DNA of 63,753 nt, the filler included, from Octopus bimaculoides (taxonomy: Eukaryota), in NCBI RefSeq assembly GCF_001194135.2. It is 5 parts of 5 records of this genome, joined end to end, with 100 filler letters (N's around TTAATTAATTAA, not from the genome) between each part and the next. Parts side by side here need not be neighbours in the genome. Positions count along the whole stretch, not along the records: positions 47,687 to 55,458 come from NC_068983.1; positions 55,559 to 61,681 come from NC_068996.1; positions 61,782 to 63,753 come from NW_026373085.1; 2 more parts are not named here. One strand, written 5' to 3'. Below are positions 53,691 through 63,753 of the stretch, piece after piece. Below the pieces are notes generated by a model, which did no database searches, was not told where the DNA came from, and saw only the letters and a program-made list of their open reading frames with translations. The translations under genes were made by a program, and so were the position numbers. Position 1 is the first letter of the stretch, and every line of letters starts with the position of its first letter.

Positions 53691-54140
53691 TACATTTTAT
53701 CAGGTTTGTGCTCCCACACCGTCAGGATATATTATGCATTAAAAAAAAACACAATCTGTAGTGTTGCATCATAAGACTGCCTATACATCTATTTTACGTA
53801 TCATTTCGTTCGAGCATATGGATATATTATATCTTAACGCTGAAATTAATTTTTTTTCCGTTGAATTTAGCCCTTTCTTAAACCCTACCCGTAGAAATTT
53901 TCTCATTACATTCTGATATATTTATTCCTGTTATTAATATTATATACGCGTATGTCTGTGTGTGTGTGTGCGCGCGCGCGCGCGTGTATGTGTGTATTTG
54001 TCTGTGTGTATTTTTTGTGCGTGTGTACGATCAGAAGTAAGAATAAATATATCGTGGATATAACCAGTGGAATGGAAAAATTCAATTACATGGCGAAAAT
54101 ATAATATATCAATATGCCTAAACGAAATGATAAAAAGTTT

Positions 54141-54174
<34 letters not shown>

Positions 54175-54260
54175 GATTTCGCTATATTTGTGTGCTTGTG
54201 TATATGCGTATATATGTATATATGTATGTATGAAAGTATGTTTATATGTATGTTTGTATG

Positions 54261-54296
<36 letters not shown>

Positions 54297-55114
54297 TGCA
54301 TGTATGTATGCCTGCATTTATGTATGTATATGTATTATTTGCAGCATAATTACGATAAAGTAAAGTGTGGGTTTGCTGTAACGATTTTCTCTATATAATT
54401 TTCATTTTACCTACAAATGAATTCATATATCTAGGCGAAATATCTACATAAAATTTTGTGTGCACTCTTCATCCTTAACAGGCGAAAAAAGAGGGAGTAG
54501 ACGGCGAGCATTTCTATGAGCATATTTGAAGCGCATTACGACATATGGTAGGTTAACCTATCCCACCCATTTCAACACAACGGGCTATTCTATTGTGTCT
54601 TTATCAGTATGCGGCACTCAGAACATCGTGAACCAGCACACTAGGAAATGGAAGAAACAACATTTCATATTATAACATAGAAACACAGCAACGGCTGGTT
54701 TAAATTAAGATCTTGCATTCTAAAATATCGGCCACTCTCAGTTCAGTGATCCCTATCTTATTATTCAGCTCCCTTCTGTCCTCAAGTTTTTAAACTTCCA
54801 CCTTATACTTTCCCGCTTCTTTTCCAGTATTCTTCTCCTCCTCTCACTTTGCTTCTTGTATATGTATGCAAATCCGCACTCTCTTGCATTCTCCATCAGT
54901 CGCAACCAGTTACTCAAACATCGATGATACTAACCTCTGCTACCTTTCCTCCTGTCCCTCTCTGTCATCTTAATCCGTATCAACACGTGTCCGAATCATT
55001 GGATACTCCACTTTCCACGAATTTTTATATAAATATGTGTGTGTTTTTGTATTAATTTATAAGAAATCATTAAGAACAAAGGTGTATCAACATGTAAGAC
55101 GTGAGAAAATGTGC

Positions 55115-55458
55115 CTAGGTTAATGCTCTCTTAACTAAAGTGCTAATCCGATCCCTGTAAGCCTGGCGTGCCGTGAACGACGCGTTCAGCTTCCAGTAAC
55201 CGGGACCCTGTCTATGTGTCTTTTCTAAGTCAAGCGTACAAGTGACAAATTTGTGGTCTGTGTAGCTGACTATGTGGAATTGTGGACAACCTACTCTATC
55301 CTTATCCACTGTCCTACAGAATACCCTATCCAAGTACGATCTGGACGACCCGATGCGGTTACTCCATGTCCACATTGGCACATTCGGGTGGTCCAGTCGG
55401 TACCTGTCAGACAGTTGGAAACGTCTGAGCAGGTCTTTGAGGCTTTTGCATCCCTTTC
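55115..55458 (-). mobile_element. L1/Tx1-like AP-endonuclease fragment
   Basis: WTWSNRIGSSRSYLDRVF...SYTDHKFV...GPGYWKLNAS carries the LDR, SDH and YWKLN motifs of L1-clade endonucleases. Confidence 0.88.
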
Positions 55459-55558
55459 NNNNNNNNNNNNNNNNNNNNNNNNNNNNNNNNNNNNNNNNNN
55501 NNTTAATTAATTAANNNNNNNNNNNNNNNNNNNNNNNNNNNNNNNNNNNNNNNNNNNN
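55459..55558. other. Artificial scaffold spacer N44-TTAATTAATTAA-N44
   Basis: Same construct as 27814-27913. Confidence 0.95.
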
Positions 55559-55606
<48 letters not shown>

Positions 55607-56882
55607 AAATGATTGTGACTTCGACATATATGTATGCTATTTACAGGACAAAAGAAATTAATGCTATATAGCAGAGTTCTATCATGTTAAATACAGTAGT
55701 AGCATTGAGTTGCTGATTTGTAATGTTGGTCTGATGTCTGATTGACTTAATGTTGGTGCGGAGCATAGTAGTGTTGTTTTGTATGATAATGCTGGTGTGC
55801 TGCATACTTGTGTTGGTGTAGTATGTGGTAGTGTTGATGTGCAGTGTATTAAGTTTTTCATGTATAGTAGTGTTAGTGTGCAGTGTATTGTAGTATTAAG
55901 CTTTTGTCTAGATGCCTTAGTGTATTGTATATCAATATATATTAATTTTTGCATGGCTGTGTTTTGTATAGTGTGGTTTTAGATTTTGTGAGATGTGTCA
56001 TGTGTGTTAGTATTACCAGCTTATAGTATATTATATAGAAGTAATTTTAAAGATTCTTCGAATGCTTTATTTCATTAATATTTGAGATAACGATAATTAC
56101 AATTTGTGGAGAGCTGTACCCTTAAGATATCATGAAATATATATATTTTTTAATATAATCAAATTAATTTCCAGAGATATAAATTCTGAATACAGTCATT
56201 GTGTAATATCAAAAGACATAGTAACTATTTAAATTACATGTTGTGTGATGGCATGTATAACTTCATATGGGAGCGAATGGTAAGAATTAAGGTGTATATT
56301 ATGTTAACTGGGACTGAAATGGAAATAGCGATATCTAAAACAAAGAGATAACATTAACCACAACAATAAGAACACAACAGTACCAAACCTAATAACATTT
56401 ATATGATCTAAAACAACAGTTACAACAATAAAGGTTGTACAGGTCTAGTATTTTATGAAGTGCATACAACTCCTTGAGTCAAACTCACTATAACGCAGTT
56501 ATTTCCTTTGTGGAACTAGGGTGACAGAACTTCGGTATATCTTGCGGCAATTTTGACGTGAAAATCATACAAGGGCACAACCAAATCCAACTCCAAGTCC
56601 AGCAAAATGATTCTTTACAAAATTGTACGGTAAGTATTCAAGAACCGCAGTGTAGAATTGAGGGACTTCATCTTGACAGACCGAGCGCAGAAACTAAAAT
56701 ATTTATTGTGAACATCAAACACATACAAGGAAATTATTTAGCCTACGAACACGTGGTCAACATCTGTAACATTAAATACAGTTACAATGTAACGATAATT
56801 TCCCCTACCGGACTCATTGTATACATTGAAATGTCAATAAAATAAACACACCACATATAAAATCGAATAATGTAGAGAAAAA

Positions 56883-56967
<85 letters not shown>

Positions 56968-57262
56968 GAGTGAGAGAGCAGTGCATGCCATCAAAGTGAC
57001 ACTGGGGTAATATATACGAAGCCCAGTATACTCATAATGACTACCAATTCGATAAGGATACATCAGGCACGTGCATCACAGCTATAAGTGCGTGACATGT
57101 TGATCTCATATCAAGATTAAAAAAACCGCATGATCTTGCAGGTGGGCCCAGTCAGTATTTTCTTCAGGTCGAGCAGCCCATCCCGCTCAAAAGGTACCTG
57201 AATAAGGGTTGTTTGAGAATGCTGAACGAAACCCCCGTTTGAAGAGGTGAATTATTCTAACA
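56968..57262 (-). mobile_element. Probable retroposon 3' end with a long (AAT)n tail
   Basis: Complex-sequence block directly abutting the (ATT)n tract at 56883-56967; family not established from this window alone. Confidence 0.4.
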
Positions 57263-57546
57263 CCTAAGGGCTTCACATATAGAAAAACCTTAGGGAGCTG
57301 GTTAGGTTTTCTGCATGTGAAGCCCTTAGAGGCTAAATTAGAGTTAGTTTAGCAAACATACCCCTCATGTTTTGTTCAAAAAGTAAAACGGAGTACGGGA
57401 ATTATTCTTCCACTGAAAATATGAGTCAGTTAACCGCAGAACAGAACAACCAAATTGTAAGTCATTATCAACTGCAATAACAACAACTACAGCAATAACA
57501 ACAACAACAATAACAATAGCAACAACAGCTGAAGCAAGAATAACAA

Positions 57547-57578
<32 letters not shown>

Positions 57579-57869
57579 CCCCCGCCAACAGCAATAGCAA
57601 CATCCACAACATATCAACGAAAATGTATGAAATTAATTTGCCGCTGTTAGAAATTTCAGAATTCTCATAATAGGAGCAATAAAATAAATCAATGACAACG
57701 AAAAGCAACAAGAACATCAGCTCGAACACTTTCACCGTTATCACGACCACCAGTGGCAACAACGAGCCCACTACCATTATCATTAACGAAAAAGCAAAAA
57801 CAAAGAAAAGGAACCATACAAACCTGCTGTTATCAGTTTTGCCGTCGCAACATGGTAAATAAGTCAAGC

Positions 57870-59810
57870 AATTTTTATAAATGAAAATAAATAAAAAAGT
57901 GCAAAACGTATGTTGGCGAAATATGGAAATGAATGCCCTTAGAACAGTTCAGCAAGAAACTAATTCATGGAGAATTCTATGCAAAATTAAAAAAAAAAAA
58001 GAAGTAGAAGAGCAGAGAAGGCAAGACACTAACAGATAGAAAAATTATCTTCAACCAATTTGGAAGAGCAAGAATATATTTATAGCAAAGAAAAAAATAT
58101 GGGACTGTCGAAGTGAAGTTCACATCAGAGGAAAAGGCAAAAAGGCAGTCAATCACCACATTAACGAGTGATCCCCATTTACCTTCATTCCCATTTATTA
58201 TGGTCGAAGGGTATTTCACATAAGAAAAATAAATATACCACCAAAAGTCAACCACTGCTGGGTAGTGGAAGCGGTTCTCTAAAACAAAATAGAAAACAGT
58301 ATTCTGCAGATACTGAGAATTTCGGAAGCAGAACTGGTTAGGGCAAGGTATTTTATAGTTAATACAGGTGGATCAACTAAGTGCCGAGGTCATCCTGGAC
58401 TTCATAATCCTGACAGGTGGCAGAAAGTTTCACGTGGCTGTTGAGGGTAGAAGGCCAAGATATCACCTGTGTGGGGAAACAAATCACCTCGATGCCTTTT
58501 ACTCGCAACAAAGGAAATAAACATTCGTGCCGACGACCACCACTATCATCATCACCACCACCACCACCACCACAATAAAAACCACAACAGCAAAAATGGC
58601 AGACTCTGCATTAAAAGAGGCAGGTGGCCACATCACCAACAATAAGACTGAAACTAACAGCTGCGAAACAGCAGCAATAACAATTATTTCAGCATCCACA
58701 GCAAGAACACCAAGAAGACAACGACGACGACGACCATGTCCTGCAATGATGAGGACAGTGAGCAGCCTAAATGGCAAACGTTCACCAAAATCAAGAAAGA
58801 GAAACAAAAAAAGGCCAACACAAAAATCTGGCAAGTACGAACAACTGGGAGAGAAAACTTTGAGGGACAATGCTTAAACACCATCCCTAACCACAGCTAC
58901 ACTAACATGGTCAGAATAATCCCCATCACTACCACAACCACCACCATTATTATAGACACCACCACTATACGCACAACTTAATTTACACACAACAGTCTAA
59001 TCACAAATCCCAATACGAAGAAAATTTAAACATAAGCTACACTGCCATAAACCCGACCAGTAAAGCACTAATGGAAAACATGTACAACCATACTGACATC
59101 ACTCAGAGCAATTTCATCCCATCGACAACCAACATACCTACACATATAAAAACCATAAGCACAGAAATACAACGAAACACATTAAAAAGCAAATACCTTG
59201 ACTGGGTAAGAAATTTTATAAGAAACGTTAACAAACAACTTTAGAACGAGCAGCTTATAGAAACGCTTACATCCAACCAGAGGGACGGAACACTTACCCC
59301 GCGTCCCTCACAAAACTACGGTAAGTCTCCGTCTCATTCCTTGTACAACATGGCCTTGCTCAGAATAGGCAGTATAAATGTAGGTAGCCTGTGGTTGCTG
59401 TGGAAACAAGACCAACTACTCAATGACCTTAGGTCACTAAGTGTAGATGTCGTGGGTATCAATGAAATCAGACTCCCAGAACTACAATTCTTCAACACTA
59501 AGCACGAAGGATGCATTTTCAGAGTTACGGCACGTATTCTAAAGACAAGAGGGAACTAAAGACGCTCGACGGGCTCGTGTGAAAGAGGCACAACGTGCAG
59601 ACATCTTCATTTCGATCTTTGGTAGACCAAAATGGGCTCATGGTACTCGAGCCCGAGCAGATATGTGTGGCATTTCAGCTGCGCTTTGCTCAACTATTTG
59701 GAATGAATGGCAGTCCGGAACGCAGAAATAAACTTCAGTGCCTACCTCTACGGTATGCCATGATTTTGACAAATGGAGCGGAGTGTTGGAAAAGGACAAA
59801 ACAATTGCGG
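57870..59810 (+). mobile_element. 5' part of a decayed L1/Tx1-like LINE (ORF1 with zinc knuckle, spacer, ORF2 start)
   Basis: YGTVEVKFTSEEKAK and VAVEGRRPRYHLCGETNHL (degenerate CCHC). ORF2 start MALLRIGSINVGSL...DLRSLSVDVVGINE at about 59348, then a jump to the EN-RT linker (RSLVDQNG...LEPEQIC..FAQLFG). Confidence 0.75.
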
Positions 59811-60354
59811 AAATAAGAGATACGATGATGGGTTGCACGGTAGGGGAGGGGTATCAGCTACACTGCCACAAACTGATTTGGATAGTCAGATATAAGAACT
59901 GTTGTTGTTCTTGTAGAATTTATATTTGTGTGATAGCGGGAGTGGTGGTTTGTTGTTTGGGATAGTGTGGAGGTCGTGTTTGTTTCACTTTTCATTTATT
60001 CCCTATCGTTACTGTTGCGGCTACTTCTCTCTCTCTCTCTCTTTTTTTTCTGCTGATGTTATCTGTGATTTGTGTGTCAACCATATCAGTTAGTGGTAGG
60101 AAAATAATGTTTAATGACTGTTCCAACAGCCGTCTCTTCCCCCGATTTGGGAAGCCTTGTTATGATTTTTTGTTTTGAAATATCAAAATCTAATTTCTAA
60201 AGATCAAAATATTTGCACCTAAAGGGCAAATTTGTAGCCAAACCAGTTCTGTGTAAGCAAAGCAAGAGAGCTTATTTAGTAACAATCCAATAAAAATATT
60301 TCAAAACAAAATGATAAAACAACAAATTTCAAAGAAAACTTACGAGTCTAATAT

Positions 60355-60578
<224 letters not shown>

Positions 60579-61158
60579 NNNNNNNNNNNNNNNNNNNNNN
60601 NNNNNNNNNNNNNNNNNNNNNNNNNNNNNNNNNNNNNNNNNNNNNNNNNNNNNNNNNNNNNNNNNNNNNNNNNNNNNNNNNNNNNNNNNNNNNNNNNNNN
60701 NNNNNNNNNNNNNNNNNNNNNNNNNNNNNNNNNNNNNNNNNNNNNNNNNNNNNNNNNNNNNNNNNNNNNNNNNNNNNNNNNNNNNNNNNNNNNNNNNNNN
60801 NNNNNNNNNNNNNNNNNNNNNNNNNNNNNNNNNNNNNNNNNNNNNNNNNNNNNNNNNNNNNNNNNNNNNNNNNNNNNNNNNNNNNNNNNNNNNNNNNNNN
60901 NNNNNNNNNNNNNNNNNNNNNNNNNNNNNNNNNNNNNNNNNNNNNNNNNNNNNNNNNNNNNNNNNNNNNNNNNNNNNNNNNNNNNNNNNNNNNNNNNNNN
61001 NNNNNNNNNNNNNNNNNNNNNNNNNNNNNNNNNNNNNNNNNNNNNNNNNNNNNNNNNNNNNNNNNNNNNNNNNNNNNNNNNNNNNNNNNNNNNNNNNNNN
61101 NNNNNNNNNNNNNNNNNNNNNNNNNNNNNNNNNNNNNNNNNNNNNNNNNNNNNNNNNN

Positions 61159-61681
61159 GCATAGACATCTATCTGAAAAACTCTGAGGACTGGATGCTAA
61201 AACTTGTCTTAAAATATGAAAGCAAGAAAGCATCTTACTCAGTAACAAAACAGGCAAAGGAATATCTAAGTGAATTCCAATTGCAACAAATTCAAGAATT
61301 AGACGAACTAGAAACACCTGCAGAAAGAGCTAAGCGCTTGAAAACCCGTGCTAAAATTGCTGTCTTAGCTATTATGACTGAAAAATGGCATGGAAAACCT
61401 CTCAATGGCAAATACCCAAAGAGAGCGAATAATGCAGATATTGACAAAGCCCATACCCACCAATGGTTAATGGCCTCTGGCTTGAAATCAGAGACACAGG
61501 GTTTTATCATAGCAGCCCAAGATCAATGCCTACCTACAAAGAACTACCAGGCCAACATATTAAAGAACAGCAGCTCCCTATTATGTCGTATATGCCAACA
61601 ACAAAATGAGTCCATCGATCATGTTGTCTCCATGTGCAGTCTGCTTGCGCCTACAGAGTATCTCAACAGGCATGATAGAGC
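61159..61681 (+). mobile_element. Dong/R4-clade (RLE-type) non-LTR retrotransposon fragment
   Basis: Open frame with WHGKPLNGKY, QWL..SGLKSETQGFIIAAQDQCLPT and the CCHC finger CRICQQQNESIDHVVSMC followed by YLNRHD, the typical region before the restriction-like endonuclease. Confidence 0.88.
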
Positions 61682-61781
61682 NNNNNNNNNNNNNNNNNNN
61701 NNNNNNNNNNNNNNNNNNNNNNNNNTTAATTAATTAANNNNNNNNNNNNNNNNNNNNNNNNNNNNNNNNNNNNNNNNNNNN
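61682..61781. other. Artificial scaffold spacer N44-TTAATTAATTAA-N44
   Basis: Same construct as 27814-27913. Confidence 0.95.
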
Positions 61782-61947
61782 CAGACAGGTAGACAGACAC
61801 TTAGTCAAACATCAGATAGACATGCAGTTAGGTAGCTTGATAGAGAGAGTGAGAAAGAGAGAAAGAGAGAAAGATTCATAGATAAACTATCCAACAGCCA
61901 AGGTGAACTTAGCAAGTAGATTTATTTCGCAAAATAATGAAACTTAC

Positions 61948-62115
61948 ATGCATTTACACATGAGGATTGGTCAACAGAACCTTCTGCTTGTGTGGTCAAA
62001 CCGATGCCACATTCTAAACATCTACTATAGCCAGAGTTTGGTTGATAAAATCCAATGGGACATTTACTGCAAGGGCTACGACCATCCCATGAGAAAGTTC
62101 CTGGCTTACAAATAG
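61948..62115 (-). CDS. Second GCC2/GCC3 (Ephrin_rec_like) repeat exon of the same gene
   Basis: Acceptor tattattttcag| and donor GCAT|gtaagt; 168 nt, phase 1-1. Reads ICKPGTFSWDGRSPCSKCPIGFYQPNSGYSRCLECGIGLTTQAEGSVDQSSCVNA, with the typical C-x-PGT-F/Y, CxxCPxGxYQ, CxxC and GS..C pattern. Confidence 0.9.
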
Positions 62116-62181
62116 CTGAAAATAATAATAGCAACAGTAGTATTAGTGGTGGTGGTGGTGGTAGTGGTATTTCAGTCCTTT

Positions 62182-62224
<43 letters not shown>

Positions 62225-63022
62225 CACATACATATAAAGTATAAATATATAGATATTTTTATTATTACATTAAAATTACACAGAGTACAAGCATATATCT
62301 GTATGTATGTGTATATATATATATNNNNNNNNNNNNNNNNNNNNNNNNNNNNNNNNNNNNNNNNNNNNNNNNNNNNNNNNNNNNNNNNNNNNNNNNNNNN
62401 NNNNNNNNNNNNNNNNNNNNNNNNNNNNNNNNNNNNNNNNNNNNNNNNNNNNNNNNNNNNNNNNNNNNNNNNNNNNNNNNNNNNNNNNNNNNNNNNNNNN
62501 NNNNNNNNNNNNNNNNNNNNNNNNNNNNNNNNNNNNNNNNNNNNNNNNNNNNNNNNNNNNNNNNNNNNNNNNNNNNNNNNNNNNNNNNNNNNNNNNNNNN
62601 NNNNNNNNNNNNNNNNNNNNNNNNNNNNNNNNNNNNNNNNNNNNNNNNNNNNNNNNNNNNNNNNNNNNNNNNNNNNNNNNNNNNNNNNNNNNNNNNNNNN
62701 NNNNNNNNNNNNNNNNNNNNNNNNNNNNNNNNNNNNNNNNNNNNNNNNNNNNNNNNNNNNNNNNNNNNNNNNNNNNNNNNNNNNNNNNNNNNNNNNNNNN
62801 NNNNNNNNNNNNNNNNNNNNNNNNNNNNNNNNNNNNNNNNNNNNNNNNNNNNNNNNNNNNNNNNNNNNNNNNNNNNNNNNNNNNNNNNNNNNNNNNNNNN
62901 NNNNNNNNNNNNNNNNNNNNNNNNNNNNNNNNNNNNNNNNNNNNNNNNNNNNNNNNNNNNNNNNNNNNNNNNNNNNNNNNNNNNNNNNNNNNNNNNNNNN
63001 NNNNNNNNNNNNNNNNNNNNNN

Positions 63023-63118
63023 AACAGTTGCTTCACCACATACCCAAGTTCAGAAATAGCAGCTAAAATGCATTTTAGCTGCTATTTCTGAACTTCGGTA
63101 TGTGGTGAAGCAACTGTT
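63023..63118. repeat. 96-bp near-perfect palindrome with no loop
   Basis: 48-bp arms centred on AAAATG|CATTTT with one mismatch. Confidence 0.95.
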
Positions 63119-63146
63119 GCTGATCCCTTAATTATGTTTATAAATG

Positions 63147-63179
<33 letters not shown>

Positions 63180-63434
63180 GTAAATAAACAAATAAATAGA
63201 TTGTAAACTGATGAAGTGGAAGAGACTGCAGTGGGACAGTTATCTATTTACAAATCAGAGTCATTATGACTTCTGGCTTTGGCATGAGGCCCCATGATTA
63301 TCTTCCATTATTTTATGTTTAGGGAGTAGGACAGAGCAAACAGTTAAATTATTGCTGTTATATGACTGATACTTCATTCTTACTTCCTAGTGTGCCTAAC
63401 TGAAGACAGTATCAATGAAGACTTAAATATTTAC

Positions 63435-63596
63435 CTCGGCAGCTCGTTTGTCCCACCTGGCTTGTGGTTGACGTAAATTGTTCACAAGGTACACATTTTC
63501 CTGCAGCAGTCCAGTGAGTATTTACAGGACATGGAATACAAGGAGCAAGGAATGGGTTGCTCGGATTGCTGCCAACGAAGCCTGGCTGACATTTGA
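63435..63596 (-). CDS. Cys-rich GCC2/GCC3 (Ephrin_rec_like) repeat exon of an SVEP1/SCUBE-like extracellular protein
   Basis: Acceptor ttctttcaatttcag| and donor CGAG|gtaaat; 162 nt, phase 1-1. Reads KCQPGFVGSNPSNPFLAPCIPCPVNTHWTAAGKCVPCEQFTSTTSQVGQTSCR. Confidence 0.85.
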
Positions 63597-63753
63597 CTGA
63601 AATTGAAAGAACAGATTTAAAAAGTTAATATTGAGACATAGTTATAGTTGTGTGGCTAAGAAGTTTGCTTTGAAACCTCACGCTTTCAGGTTCAGTCCCA
63701 CTTAGGGTAAGTGTCTTCTCACATAGCCCTCAAGCTTACCAACAGCATTACTG

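Noticed and set aside
60218-60248. Possible 30-nt - strand exon continuing the Cys-rich gene
   Set aside because: Joining it to the phase-1 T from 61948 creates TAA, the donor is weak, and it lies across an artificial spacer.

Overview
AT-rich, microsatellite-dense eukaryotic draft sequence with many N gaps. The repeat content (tRNA-head SINEs, RTE, L1/Tx1-like and Dong/R4 LINEs, mariners) looks like a coleoid cephalopod, probably Octopus; this is inference from repeat families, not a database match. Four identical 100-bp spacers (N44-TTAATTAATTAA-N44) divide the window into five joined blocks, so long-range order is not guaranteed. Most ORF-track entries are microsatellite or gap artefacts. 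Host-gene signals are three. (1) A + strand three-exon model (34198-34440, 40424-40501, 42024-42047) for a small single-pass membrane protein with a Thr-rich stalk, a GxxxG helix, and a tail with YLN and ExxPLV motifs. (2) A candidate orphan + strand terminal exon at 46281-46576. (3) Two symmetrical phase-1 Cys-rich exons on the - strand (63435-63596, 61948-62115) of the GCC2/GCC3 (Ephrin_rec_like) type seen in SVEP1/SCUBE-like proteins. The rest is transposon relics: two near-full-length decayed mariners, a fold-back DD41D-like remnant, a TTAA-flanked hairpin MITE, Penelope, RTE, L1/Tx1 and Dong fragments, and many SINEs. I found no CRISPR array, rRNA or convincing tRNA gene, and no clear new multi-gene system. 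The best leads are the orphan genes and several long inverted repeats.
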